Below are positions 16,948 through 27,476 of a stretch of DNA of 64,000 nt, in pieces. Positions within the stretch are counted from its first letter, which is position 1. Each line of letters begins with the position of its first letter. Origin of the DNA: Candidatus Latescibacterota bacterium (GTDB lineage Bacteria; Latescibacterota; UBA2968; UBA8231); the NCBI GenBank assembly GCA_965242865.1, contig CBDETK010000013.1, positions 4,480,001 through 4,544,000 on the forward strand, written 5' to 3'. Both the position numbers and the translations under genes were made by a program. Below the pieces are notes generated by a model. That model was not told the origin of the DNA, ran no database searches, and saw only the letters and a list, made by a program, of their open reading frames with translations.

Positions 16948-18543
16948 ATGCACTCGGTTTTGGTGCTGCTCTGTCTGTGGGGCGCGGCCGCGGTCGCCCA
17001 ACCTCGGTACGTGGATGTGGCGGCCGCGGCTGGCATTGAATTCGAGCATCGCAATGGGGCGCGGGGACAGAAGCAATTGCCCGAGACTATGGGGTCGGGC
17101 GTGGCCTTTTTCGACTACGATGGCGACGGCTGGCTCGACCTGTATTGGGTCAATGTCGCAGGCCCGGCCGCGCTCTACCACAACGAGGGAAAGGGCCGTT
17201 TTGCCGAGCGGACGCAAGCGGCCAGCGTGGGGAATTCCGGGTGCGGCATGGGCGCGGTGGCCGCTGACTACGACAACGACGGCAATGTAGATCTGTACGT
17301 CACCTGCTACGGCGCGAACATCCTCTACCGGAACCTCGGCGCTGGCCGCTTTGCCGACGCCACGGCGGTCGCTGGCGTCGGCGATGAGGGCTTCGGCACG
17401 GGCGCGGCCTTTGGCGATTGGGATCTCGACGGCGACTTAGACTTGTACGTAGCCAATTATCTGGACTTCCGCGCCGACCCAGACCGCGCTTGTTTTCGCC
17501 AAGACAGCGTCCGGGTCTATTGCGCCCCGTGGACCTACGCGCCCCAAGCGGATGCGTTCTATCGCAACGATGGCGGCCGCTTTGCCGAAATCGGCGCAAC
17601 CGTGGGGCTTGCTGCAGGGCGAGCGCGGGAGCTCGGCGCGGTCTTTTCCGATTGGGATCTCGATGGCGACTTAGACTTGTTCATCGCGGGCGATGGTACG
17701 CCCAATTTGCTCTACCAAAACGAGGGCGGCCATTTCGCGGAAATGGGGTTGATCGCCGGGGTTTCCCACAATCGGCAGGGCCAATCCGAAGCCGGCATGG
17801 GCGTGGCCGCCGGCGACTACGACAACGACGGGGCCTTTGATTTCTTCGTGACTAATTTTTACTTGGAGACCAATACCTTGTACCGAAACGAGGGCGAGGG
17901 GTTTTTCCGCGACCGGACGACGAGCGCCAAATTGGGCAAGCCCTCGCTGGCATACTTGGCTTGGGGCACGGCTTTCTTCGACTGGGATCTCGACGGCGAC
18001 GAGGACCTGTTCGTGGCGAATGGGCACATCGACGACAACGTAGAACTTTTCGCCGAGACCGCGTACGCGCAGCCCAATCAGTTGTTCCGAAACGACGGCG
18101 TTGCGGGATTTGCCGAGGTCAGCGCCGCAGCCGGGCTTGGAGCGGTACAGTCGAGCCGAGGGGTGGCCTTGGGCGATTGCGACAACGACGGCGACCTCGA
18201 TATTGCAGTGGCCCACATCAATGCGCGGCCCTCGCTCCTGCGCAACGACTTGGGCGGCCAGCGCAACTACTTGGCTGTCCGCACGGTAGGCGTGGATAGC
18301 AACCGCGACGGCGTCGGTGCTCGCATCCGCGTCCGCACCGGGCCTCGCGTCCAAGTGCGCGAAGTGCGCCGCGGCGGCAGCTATCTGTCGAGCCACGACC
18401 CGCGCGTCTTTTTTAGCCTCGGCACCAGCGCGCAAGCCGACGAGGTGGAGATCCGCTGGCCCAGCGGCAAGGTGCAGCGGCTCAACCGAGTGCGGGCCGG
18501 ACAAGTGTTGACCGCAACAGAGCCTTTATGCGCTGGCTGCTAG
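16948..18543 (+). CDS. CRTAC1 family protein (FG-GAP repeats + ASPIC/UnbV)
   Basis: Repeated DYDxDGxLDL motifs, C-terminal SNRDGVGAR...GGSYLS...VEIRWPSG, signal peptide. Confidence 0.92.
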   Translation: MHSVLVLLCLWGAAAVAQPRYVDVAAAAGIEFEHRNGARGQKQLPETMGSGVAFFDYDGDGWLDLYWVNVAGPAALYHNEGKGRFAERTQAASVGNSGCGMGAVAADYDNDGNVDLYVTCYGANILYRNLGAGRFADATAVAGVGDEGFGTGAAFGDWDLDGDLDLYVANYLDFRADPDRACFRQDSVRVYCAPWTYAPQADAFYRNDGGRFAEIGATVGLAAGRARELGAVFSDWDLDGDLDLFIAGDGTPNLLYQNEGGHFAEMGLIAGVSHNRQGQSEAGMGVAAGDYDNDGAFDFFVTNFYLETNTLYRNEGEGFFRDRTTSAKLGKPSLAYLAWGTAFFDWDLDGDEDLFVANGHIDDNVELFAETAYAQPNQLFRNDGVAGFAEVSAAAGLGAVQSSRGVALGDCDNDGDLDIAVAHINARPSLLRNDLGGQRNYLAVRTVGVDSNRDGVGARIRVRTGPRVQVREVRRGGSYLSSHDPRVFFSLGTSAQADEVEIRWPSGKVQRLNRVRAGQVLTATEPLCAGC

Positions 18544-19721
18544 CGATTCTGCTCATCGGCTGCCAAGCACCGGAGCCGCCCCCGGTCGCGGGGCGGGCGT
18601 ACTTTGAGCAGGGGCTTGAACACGCCCAACGCGGGCGTTTCCACGCAGCCATTGCCGCGTACCAGCAAGCGGCCCTGCAGCTGCCGGACGCGCCCCAAAT
18701 CTACTACAACTTGGCCAACGCCTATTTTTCGACCGATGCCCTCGACCGAGCCGAGGCCGCGTACCAAAAAGCCATCGCACTCAAGCCCGACTACGCGGAC
18801 GCGCACTACCAACTCGGCGGCGTGTACATTCGGCAAAAAAAGTACGAGGCGGCCTACGCGCCGCTCCGCGAGGCATTGGCCAGCGATCCCGCGCACCTTG
18901 CCGCGTACCATGCCTTGGGCCTGCTGCACATCCGGCAGGGCGCATACCCAGAGGCCATCGCCCTGTACGAGCGTGCCTTGCAGGTGGATTCGACGCGCTC
19001 GGAGCTCTGGTATCAGCTCGGCCAAGCCCAAGTCAAGCGCGGCGAGCACGAAGCAGCGAAAACGGCCTTTGCCCGTGCGATTGACGCGGACACGACTCAA
19101 GCGGGTGCGTACGCGGGCTTGGGGTCCCTGTACGCGGAGGAGCAGCGCTACGCGGAGGCCGAAGAGCTTTTGCTGCGGGCCGTTGCGCTGCGTCCGTTTT
19201 GGGCGCGTCCTCACTACGACTTGGGGCAGGTGTATATGCGCTTGGGCGAGCGGGAACGGGGCCGTGCGGTGTTGGAGCGATTTGCGCGCCTCGAAGAAGA
19301 GGAAAAGATGATCAGAAGCTTAGAGTTTACGCTCTTGAGCGAGGCCGAGGACGCCCGCCGCCACTACGACTTGGGCGTGCTCTACGGCCAGCGTCGCCAA
19401 TTCGCCAAGGCCACGGCGCGCTACCGCCGCGCACTCGCCCTCGATTCGACCTTTGCCGAGGCGGCCGTGAACTTGGGCAACCTGTACTTGCGCGAGGAGC
19501 GATTCGACGCGGCCCAGCGGCTTTTTGCCCAAGCCCTCGCCGCGGATTCGACCCACGCCACCGCGTACAACAGCCTCGGCAACCTGCACCTGATGCGCCG
19601 GGACTTTGCGGCCGCCCAAGCAGCGTTTGCCAGCGCGGTGCGCTTGGCCCCAGCGGACCGAGGATTCCGCGAAAATTTAGCCATCGCCCAAGGGCTGGCG
19701 GCGGGGGAAGGCAAAAATTAA
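18528..19721 (+). CDS. tetratricopeptide repeat lipoprotein
   Basis: Lipobox LIGC and many TPR units (YNLANAY..AEAAYQKAIALKP). Confidence 0.9.
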   Translation: MRWLLAILLIGCQAPEPPPVAGRAYFEQGLEHAQRGRFHAAIAAYQQAALQLPDAPQIYYNLANAYFSTDALDRAEAAYQKAIALKPDYADAHYQLGGVYIRQKKYEAAYAPLREALASDPAHLAAYHALGLLHIRQGAYPEAIALYERALQVDSTRSELWYQLGQAQVKRGEHEAAKTAFARAIDADTTQAGAYAGLGSLYAEEQRYAEAEELLLRAVALRPFWARPHYDLGQVYMRLGERERGRAVLERFARLEEEEKMIRSLEFTLLSEAEDARRHYDLGVLYGQRRQFAKATARYRRALALDSTFAEAAVNLGNLYLREERFDAAQRLFAQALAADSTHATAYNSLGNLHLMRRDFAAAQAAFASAVRLAPADRGFRENLAIAQGLAAGEGKN

Positions 19722-19729
19722 GGGGCTGT

Positions 19730-19750
19730 TACTATAAATTATTTATAGTA
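19730..19750. promoter_or_regulatory. perfect AT-rich palindrome (operator-like)
   Basis: TACTATAAAT-T-ATTTATAGTA, about 30 nt upstream of ATG 19783. Confidence 0.65.
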
Positions 19751-19782
19751 TGATATAGTAAAAGCGATGGGGACTCCGAGTT

Positions 19783-21283
19783 ATGCTGCCGCCGATTGAG
19801 AATCTATTAACGCTGCCGCCGGATGCAGCCACCGAGCGGCTGTTGGCCGAGCCGGAAGGGCAATGGTTTGACCGCAAAAGTGCGCGTATTTCAGCCCGCA
19901 GCTTGGCTGAAACCTTGGTCGCACTGGCGAATGCCGAGGGGGGAGTTATTGCCGTCGGCTTTCGCGCCGGTGCTTGCGAGGGGATCGACGACCGCCCCCA
20001 GGCGCAGAATGAGTGGCGACAGGCCGGGGTTAATTTGACGCTGCCGCCGGTGCGCTTTGAGCCGATTCTGTTGCCGTGCATCAATGCCAAGGGCGCGCCG
20101 GACCACGCGCTGTTGTTAGCCATACCTCCGAGCAGTCAGGTGCATAGCACGACCCGCGACGAGGTTTTCCTGCGCACCGGCGATGAAAACCGCCGGTTGT
20201 CCTTTGAGCAGCGCATTGAATTTCAATACGACCGCGGGGATACTAGTTTTGAAATCACGCCCGCAAGCATCTACGGGCCTTGTTCGCTCGACTTAGACAG
20301 CGTAGCCGCCTACGCCGAACAGCTGGGGCATCCAGACCCGCAGCGGCTATTGCAAGCACGCGACTTGGTCGGCCTCGATGGAGAAACGCACACCGCGGGG
20401 GCATTGCTGTTTGCGACCGAGCCGCAAAGGGCGTTTCCCCAAGCCTTTGTCAGGGTACTGAAATACGCCGGGCGCGAGCGGCGCACGGGCCACGAGCAGA
20501 ACCTAATCAGCGACACCCGCTGCGTGGGACGGTTGCCGCAGCAGATCGACGCGGCGCGTCAGGCCATGCGCGAGGCCGTGCCCAAGCGCAAGTCTTTGGG
20601 GCCGGATGGACGTTTTGGCTGGTTTGGCATCGTGCCAGAAGAGGTTTGGCTAGAAGCGCTCGTGAACGCAGTCATTCATCGCGCGTACAGCAACTTCGGC
20701 GACCACATCCGATTGGCCGTGTTCGACGATAGGGTCGAGGTGTCTAGTCCGGGCCGATTCCCCGGAATAACGCCCCTAGGCGACTTGCTAAAGGTGCGGC
20801 GGTTTGCGCGCAATCCCCGCATTGCGCGGGTAATGACGGACTTGTCGTATCGTCAGGAATTGGGAGAAGGGTTGCGCCGCATGGTGGCCGTGATGGAAGC
20901 AAGTGGGCGGCAGCGGCCGGTGGTCAGGCAGTTGGCGGGCGGCGTCGAGATAGCGCTGTCCGGTGCGCTAATCCAGCCGGATGAACTGCGCGGGATGCCC
21001 GAGGCAGCGCGCCATTTATTTGAACAGATCGCGCTGGCTGGCCGGTTGCGGACCGGCGAGCCAGCCGGATGAACTGCGCGGGATGCCCGAGGCAGCGCGC
21101 CATTTATTTGAACAGATCGCGCTGGCTGGCCGGTTGCGGACCGGCGAGTTGGTGGCGTTGACTGGCTACTCGCGTCCGGTGGTATTGAGGAATTTGTCCG
21201 CCTTGACCGCTCGGGGCTTGGTGCGGCACGTGGGCCACAGCGCGACAGACCCGCAGGCGTATTGGACGGCAGCACTCATGTAG
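19783..21283 (+). pseudogene. AlbA_2/Schlafen + HATPase_c_4 + wHTH protein, frameshifted by an 88-bp tandem duplication
   Basis: EGQWFDRKS...ALANAEGG, EALVNAVIHRAY and RNPRIAR motifs. The C-terminal HTH is in another frame after the duplication. Confidence 0.8.
20973..21148 (+). repeat. perfect 88-bp tandem duplication
   Basis: 20973-21060 is identical to 21061-21148. Confidence 0.95.
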
Positions 21284-21296
21284 TACAGAAAGAGGA

Positions 21297-22583
21297 TCAG
21301 GCCGCGGCCAGTTCTTTCATCGCGGCGACGAATTGATCCAATTCATAAGGCGTCGTGTATATGTTCGGGCAAATGCGGACCGCCCCGAGATACCCCGGCG
21401 GCACGGTGAAAATTTTGTAGGTGTCGTATAGGGCGTTGGTAATAGCGGCGGGATCGCGTCCTTGGATGCCAACGGTGGCAATGGCACACGAGCGATGGGC
21501 CTCGCGGGGCGTGTAGAAGACGACATTGGGCACGTCGAGCAGGCGATCGACCCAGTAGTTTTTGATGTAGCGCAAGCGCGCTTCTTTGCGCTCCAAGCCG
21601 ATGGTTTGGTTGAAGCGGATGGCCTCGGCCAAGGCCCGTTGCAAGTAGGCCGGGTACGTGCCGATGTGGGCAAACTTGCGGATCGAGTCCGAGGCGTACC
21701 CAGCGTCGCCGAACAGCGGCCACACGTTGGCGATCTTTTCCTTTTTAATGTACAGTACGCCCGTGCCCAGCGGTGCCAACATCCACTTGTGCAAACTGGC
21801 TCCGTAGTAATCGCAGTGTAGATCGGGGATTTTGGCGGCCAAATGGGCAAAGGCATGGGCGCCATCGACGATGACTTCCACTCCGTGCTCGTGGGCCATG
21901 TCGCAGATTGTGCGCACGGGCAGCACTTGGCCGGTTAAATAGACGATGTGGGAGACGAGGATCACTTTGGTGCGCGGCGTAATGGCCCTTTTGTAGGCCG
22001 CGACGATCGCGGCATCGTCCATAGAAGTGATGGGCAGGTCGAGCACTTTGTTGACGATGCCTTCGCGGGCGGCGCGTTGCTCAAACGCGACCTTCATGCT
22101 GCCGTATTCGTAGGTTCCCCACAAGGCTTCGTCGCCGGGTTGCAGCTTCAGCCCCATGATGACGATGTTGAGCGATTCGGTCGTGTTGCGCGTCAGGAGG
22201 ATTTCTTCATCCGAACAACCGGCAAAGCGCGCTAGCAATTGATGGCTCGCACGGGTGTCGTCCGCCAGTTTGCGCCGCATGTAAAACGAGGGAATCTCAT
22301 TGATAGCGCGGGCATTTTTGCACACCTCATCAATCCCGGCTTCTGGTTGCGGACTGAAATAGCCGTTCTCAAAGTTGATAAACTGGGGCGACAAATTGAA
22401 CGCGCCGCGCACGCTGTACCAAAAAGATTCGTCCAATGCACTGGCTTCGGGCGAGGCTGGGCCGAGGCGTTCGGTGGCCGCGTGGACCTTTTGCTGGCTG
22501 TCGGCGGCCCATAAGGACGCCGTGGTCGCGCCGAGAGTGAGGGTGCCGGCCTTTCTAAAAAAGTCCCTTCGCGAATCGGTCAT
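21297..22583 (-). CDS. class V aminotransferase-fold PLP enzyme (isopenicillin-N-epimerase-like) with Tat signal
   Basis: SRRDFFRK Tat motif, VDGAHAFAH, SLHKWMLAPLGTG. Confidence 0.9.
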   Translation of the reverse strand: MTDSRRDFFRKAGTLTLGATTASLWAADSQQKVHAATERLGPASPEASALDESFWYSVRGAFNLSPQFINFENGYFSPQPEAGIDEVCKNARAINEIPSFYMRRKLADDTRASHQLLARFAGCSDEEILLTRNTTESLNIVIMGLKLQPGDEALWGTYEYGSMKVAFEQRAAREGIVNKVLDLPITSMDDAAIVAAYKRAITPRTKVILVSHIVYLTGQVLPVRTICDMAHEHGVEVIVDGAHAFAHLAAKIPDLHCDYYGASLHKWMLAPLGTGVLYIKKEKIANVWPLFGDAGYASDSIRKFAHIGTYPAYLQRALAEAIRFNQTIGLERKEARLRYIKNYWVDRLLDVPNVVFYTPREAHRSCAIATVGIQGRDPAAITNALYDTYKIFTVPPGYLGAVRICPNIYTTPYELDQFVAAMKELAAA

Positions 22584-22753
22584 TTTCGTGCTCCGTGCGT
22601 TGTGATAGGTGGTGGATCAACCAGCTAAAAGCCGCGTGGCTTTCTTCCCCGAACCTAGCACAAGCGTCCTGCATGTCAAGCACTCGTCGTCCGGTCCGGT
22701 CCATTGTAACATTCCATATCTTTGCTACTCAACCTCTCAGAAAGGAACGCATC

Positions 22754-23716
22754 ATGTCTGACTTGAAAGTAGCGGTCATCGGCTGCGGCGGCCACGCCCA
22801 GTCTCACTTCCGCATGATTGCCGACGAGCCGCGGCTGCGCTTGGTGGGCATTGCCGAGCTAGACGAGGAGCGGCGGCGCAAAAACCAAGCCGACTGGGGG
22901 CCGCAACACGCCTTTGCCGACTATCGGGAGCTGCTCGATGTCTGTCGGCCGGAGGTCGTGCATGTAGTCACCATGCCCGGCCACTTGCTGCCCATTGTGC
23001 TCGATTGCTTGGAGCGCGGGCTGCACACCTCTGTGGAGAAAGCACCGGGGATGACCTCGGCCGAGACCGCGCAAATGGCCGAAGCGGCCCGGCAAAGCGC
23101 GGGCAAGGCCCTCGTATCCTTTAACCGGCGTTACTTTCCCCAAGTGCTAGCCGTGCGGCAGCGCGTCCGGGCGGCCGGGGGTGCCGTGCATTGCGCCGCC
23201 ACGTACAACAAGCCGGTGACCCTGTTGGGGCCGGCGACGCCCGATCCGGTGATCTGCGACGCCATTCACCACGTCGATCTGCTGCGCTGGCTAGCGGGTC
23301 GCAGCGCGGTGGAAGCGGCCATGCCGGTGGAGGTGCTGGGGATGGTGCAAGACGGCGTGCGGCCCGGATGCCATCGGCACAACGCGGTCGTGCGTTTCGA
23401 CACGGGCACCTTTGGCACCATGATGAGCCACTACGGCGTGGGCTATCGCATTCAGCGGGCCGAAGTACACGGCGAGGATTTGTCGATCTATTTGGATATG
23501 ACCCGGGGGCCGCAGGTGGAGGGGTATGACGCGGGGCGGGCCTTTACCGTAGAGGCCGAGGAGATGGAGGCGGTGGGCGGGGCGGGCTTCAACGAGGTCG
23601 TCCACTTTGTCGATTGCATTTTGGAGGATCGCACACCGTGGTCGAGCTTGGACGACGCCGTGCATACCATGCGCTTGTGCGAGGCCATTCGCCGAGGGCA
23701 TCGGGGGGCGTTGTAG
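22754..23716 (+). CDS. Gfo/Idh/MocA family oxidoreductase
   Basis: VAVIGCGGHA, VEKAPG, FNRRY, IHHVDLLRWL. AAAGGA RBS. Confidence 0.9.
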   Translation: MSDLKVAVIGCGGHAQSHFRMIADEPRLRLVGIAELDEERRRKNQADWGPQHAFADYRELLDVCRPEVVHVVTMPGHLLPIVLDCLERGLHTSVEKAPGMTSAETAQMAEAARQSAGKALVSFNRRYFPQVLAVRQRVRAAGGAVHCAATYNKPVTLLGPATPDPVICDAIHHVDLLRWLAGRSAVEAAMPVEVLGMVQDGVRPGCHRHNAVVRFDTGTFGTMMSHYGVGYRIQRAEVHGEDLSIYLDMTRGPQVEGYDAGRAFTVEAEEMEAVGGAGFNEVVHFVDCILEDRTPWSSLDDAVHTMRLCEAIRRGHRGAL

Positions 23717-23770
23717 GACCGGCGTGGGTTAGTCGCGCCCCGTAATTTTCCCGATGCTTTGCAATGCTTA

Positions 23771-24319
23771 TTAAGCAAATATATCGCGCACCGGCAGGGT
23801 CCAGTTCGGCACGACTTCGCCGCTGTCGAGTACGTCGTCCATGGTCAAGATGCGGATGTCGCTCCGCGAGCGGTACAGATCGACCGTTTGGGTGCTTGGA
23901 TTGACGACCACGACCAAGCGGGTGCCCGCATCGAGCCAATCGGCGATTTTGTCTTGGACCTCGGCGTAGGTATCACCCGGTGAGACGACCTCGGCCGCCA
24001 AGTCGGGGGCACCGGGCCAAAAGCCCGCGGTTCGGCCCACCTCTTCAACCCGTTCGCGCCGGATGAAGGCCGCGTCTGGAGCGCGCACTACATCGGGATT
24101 CACGGCCAGTTTGAAGCCGGTTCCGGCCGCATAGACCGCACCCAGGTTATGCGTCTTTACGTGTTGGAAAAGCGGCCCGGTCAAATTGAGCGCGATTCTG
24201 CCGTGTTGGTGGCCGGCTGGACTCATCTTTATCAATTCTCCTTGGACCAGTTCATAGCGGAAGCCATCGTCCTTCCTCTGCAACAACTCGTTGGCGGTGA
24301 TCAAATCGGTAATCGTCAT
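23771..24319 (-). CDS. Uma2 family endonuclease
   Basis: RYELVQGEL, VRAPDAAF, APDLAAEVVSP, GTRLVVVVNP. Confidence 0.9.
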   Translation of the reverse strand: MTITDLITANELLQRKDDGFRYELVQGELIKMSPAGHQHGRIALNLTGPLFQHVKTHNLGAVYAAGTGFKLAVNPDVVRAPDAAFIRRERVEEVGRTAGFWPGAPDLAAEVVSPGDTYAEVQDKIADWLDAGTRLVVVVNPSTQTVDLYRSRSDIRILTMDDVLDSGEVVPNWTLPVRDIFA

Positions 24320-24568
24320 GGGAATCTCCACAAAGACAGTGGGAAGGAACCCCCCCGGAAAAAGCAAAAGCCACTCCAAAGAGCGGTCCTTGCGCCGACA
24401 GCACGCGGCCGACGGGCATCTGCATATAGCTTACGGCGAGGGCGATCCACTTACAAGAATTTGTTGATTTCCCGCCCATTAGGCCACTAACTGAACGCAC
24501 AGAGTGCCCTCCGGTTGGTTGGCCGAAATAAATCCAAATCCTTCATTGCCCCCCGCGAAGTATTCCTA

Positions 24569-24917
24569 TATAGCAATTCTAAATTATTTAAGAGCGGCTG
24601 ACAAATAGGACGGCGAGCCTTTATAGCCTAAGCGCAAGCATTCGACCCCCTCAGATAGATACCGCTTCTTCCACGTACGGATGAACCCCGACGGAACGCC
24701 GAGCACCGCTTGAATCATACCTTGTTTGACCCCCAACAGAGTCATCTGAACCGCGACTGCACGTTTGAGTTCGCGAACATCGGGGTTGCTGGCGATAAAA
24801 TCGGATAAAGAACGATCAGAAACTAGCTGAAAACACTCCTGAAAAAGGGACGATAGAAAACGAAACGACAACATAAAAAGAAAACCTTAACCTTTCAAGG
24901 CATTTCGGATTGCTATA
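24569..24917 (-). mobile_element. internally deleted IS630-family element with terminal inverted repeats
   Basis: TIRs TATAGCAATTCTAAAT (24569-24584) and reverse complement TATAGCAATCCGAAAT (24902-24917). It encloses a transposase N-terminal HTH fragment (NPDVRELKRAVAVQM...WKKRYLSEGVECL). Confidence 0.8.
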
Positions 24918-24918
24918 A

Positions 24919-25478
24919 CTGTTTGGCTAGTGCTAATCTTTCGTGTGCAATTAGGGGGTCATCTGGTTTTTGTTTAGGTTATTTATGAGGGCGAGAGCTT
25001 TATGTAGGGGTTTGGGACTTATGGAATTTTTGATAAGCAGGGCCTCTAATTCAGGTTCTAGTCGCTTTAGATCTATTTTTTTGCCGTTGGTACAAGGCTT
25101 AAAAAGAGGGTAATCTTCGATCCCTTCTCTTTTTAATTGAACCTCTACCTCTTCGGCAACGCTCTTGGCATGTCTAACAAGATTATCGGGATCTATATCC
25201 CACCGGACCTTAGTTTGCGCGGCGAACTGTACCACGGGATTGGCTTCTAAGCCAGTGCTCGGAATGCCATTCTTCTTGCATTCAACCAACGTTGTTCCCG
25301 TGCCGCAAAATGGGTCCAGCACCCAGTGGCGTCTTGTCAGGCCAAACGTATCAATATAACGACGAACTAAGTGCGGCGGATAGGAAAGAACAAATCGATA
25401 CCATTCGTGGATAGACAAATCTTCCGCGTAAATCCGGTTTAACTCCTCCCCGGCTTTAGCTTGTACTGCATATACCAT
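24919..25478 (-). pseudogene. truncated, frameshifted copy of the DNA methyltransferase at 27477..28793
   Basis: First ~170 aa nearly identical. One-base loss in a T run, and cut off beside the IS630 end. Confidence 0.92.
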
Positions 25479-25634
25479 TTCTTTATCTTTCCTACTCTTC
25501 GACAGAAGACTCTATTGTCTCGCCGAGACTGTAAACAGGGGATAATTCGCCAATCATATCGCTCATCTTCTGTCTGTCAGACGAGTTTTCCAACAACTGG
25601 CTAAAATCCGCCAAACTCATTATAATTGCCTGCG
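24919..25634. repeat. ~715-bp direct repeat of 28233..28949
   Basis: Near-identical sequence covering the MTase 5' half and the 3' part of the Phd gene, offset about 3315 bp. Confidence 0.95.
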
Positions 25635-25666
25635 GTACGATTGACAAATAAATCAACGAGGTCGCC

Positions 25667-26485
25667 TTGAACTCACTATTTCGCCATCTAGCCCCGTCCG
25701 CAGCCGACTTGGACTCCTTCCACCGAGATGGCTACATCTTCTACCCAGACGTACTCAAGGACGAGGCTCGGCGCAGCCTAACCAACGAAATCCTCGGCCT
25801 CGAATCGGTGCATCGCTACCTCAGCGTCTTGAGCGAAAAACCCGCCGCGCCCCAATCCTACTTCGTCCGCCCTTGGAACGACCGCGGCCCATGCGGCGAC
25901 CGCCTCATTGACGATCCCTTTGTCACTGCGCTGCTGCAAGCCACCATCGGCCCAAGCTACCACTTCTGCCACTCCGCCCTCAACCTCGCCCCGCGCAGCA
26001 TAGGCCCCATTCCCTATCACCAAGACCACCACCACTGGAAGCACGAAAACCCCCTCAACCTCGCCGAACGCGACAAGTACTACATCCAAATTCTCTACTA
26101 TCCCAATGGCTTCGCGCTCGGCGACCGCAACCTCAAGATCATTCCCGGCAGCCACCGCGTCGCCCCGACCGCAGAGGCCACGCCTGAGCGCATGCTAGCC
26201 GGGGCATACGACGCAGAGGCTGGGCGCGAACTAAAGGAAGTGCGGCTTGCAGTGCCGCCAGGCAGCATGGTCTATATCAACGCCCGGATCTTCCACGCGG
26301 TTGAAGCTAAACCCGCAGACTCCCCCCAGCTCTATCGCATCTTCAACATCGACATCTTCAAAGAAGCCGGGCCGCCGCATCGCTATACGCAGGCCATCCC
26401 GCCCGAGTGGATTGCACGCGCCAGTCCTCAACGCAAAAAACTCTTTCTCCGCGAGCCTTATACCGAGGGATGCTGGGCGGCCTGA
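25667..26485 (+). CDS. phytanoyl-CoA dioxygenase (PhyH) family protein
   Basis: FHRDGY, YHQD, LKIIPGSH, PGSMVYINARIFHA. Confidence 0.9.
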   Translation: MNSLFRHLAPSAADLDSFHRDGYIFYPDVLKDEARRSLTNEILGLESVHRYLSVLSEKPAAPQSYFVRPWNDRGPCGDRLIDDPFVTALLQATIGPSYHFCHSALNLAPRSIGPIPYHQDHHHWKHENPLNLAERDKYYIQILYYPNGFALGDRNLKIIPGSHRVAPTAEATPERMLAGAYDAEAGRELKEVRLAVPPGSMVYINARIFHAVEAKPADSPQLYRIFNIDIFKEAGPPHRYTQAIPPEWIARASPQRKKLFLREPYTEGCWAA

Positions 26486-26660
26486 GCACTTAGGCCAGTA
26501 CCTCGACCCAAGCCACTATAGGAGCCTTACCATGAGCACGGCGACTACCCTTGGAATGAGCGGGGCCGCCATTAACCACACTTTGCTTTACTGCCTCGTC
26601 TTGGGGGCCTTCCTGTTGCTGACGGCTCCCGCGACCACCCGCATGAAGGAGGTATAATCT

Positions 26661-27476
26661 ATGAGGAGCAATTACAATAAACCCGCAGCACTTGAACATA
26701 TATTTAACCGGAAATACGACCCCGGCAATCCGCAACCGGAAATACTGTTTACGCACGACGACGTGAGAGATGCGATTGTGGCGACAGGCGGTCGAGTTCC
26801 GTCGAACTTAAACAATTTTGTGAAAGACCTTACTCGGTCGGGGAATTCAGACGCGAGAAGTCCTGCTGCTAGGCAAGCAGGTTATTTTTTACGGGAGGCA
26901 GTTCACAGTGGTTCAATCGGTGTCTTCTTCAGAGATAGCGGCCCTGCTAGAGGCGCAATTTCTATATCTTGTCCCAAGGACTTAGCAGCCAAACCCATTC
27001 ACGTTGAGATTCCGCCTGATATACTCGACCTCCTGCGTCCCGATGAAGGCGGCTTGTTAGCCTCTATAGAATACGGATGCATTCTCGATGATTTTTTTGC
27101 TGTCCCCAAAGGAACGATAAGGCGCGTTCAAGCCCCAGTAAAAGTGCAGCCCCATGAATTAGATAGCCTTTTCGTAAGAAAAAAAGGAAATCGTCGTATC
27201 CTGATTCCCTGTGAAGCAAAATCCAAAGGAAACGATGTAATTACCCTAAATCAGATAGTGGGCATAGCCGCGGCAACCTTGCAACGACTTATGGAAGACG
27301 ACATGGATTTCATAGTTCCACTAGGGATAAAACTCGAGAGCAACGGGGACCTCTTTCTCGCAGAATTTCCCGAGTGCAACTCAAGCGATCTATTGGAGCT
27401 AAACTCAAAACTCGTCGCCTCTTCCGTTGTAAGACAGGCCCGTTACACGCTGGTTCCTAAGCCGCCAAAGTGGTAA
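26661..27476 (+). CDS. putative restriction endonuclease (PD-(D/E)XK-like)
   Basis: HELDSLF...IPCEAKSK motif, lower GC, convergent with an MTase. Confidence 0.65.
   Translation: MRSNYNKPAALEHIFNRKYDPGNPQPEILFTHDDVRDAIVATGGRVPSNLNNFVKDLTRSGNSDARSPAARQAGYFLREAVHSGSIGVFFRDSGPARGAISISCPKDLAAKPIHVEIPPDILDLLRPDEGGLLASIEYGCILDDFFAVPKGTIRRVQAPVKVQPHELDSLFVRKKGNRRILIPCEAKSKGNDVITLNQIVGIAAATLQRLMEDDMDFIVPLGIKLESNGDLFLAEFPECNSSDLLELNSKLVASSVVRQARYTLVPKPPKW

Noticed and set aside
26532-26657. 41-aa hydrophobic ORF upstream of the second REase
   Set aside because: It uses the duplicated RBS/ATG of the 29419 gene at the duplication junction and has no recognisable family, so it is probably a by-product.
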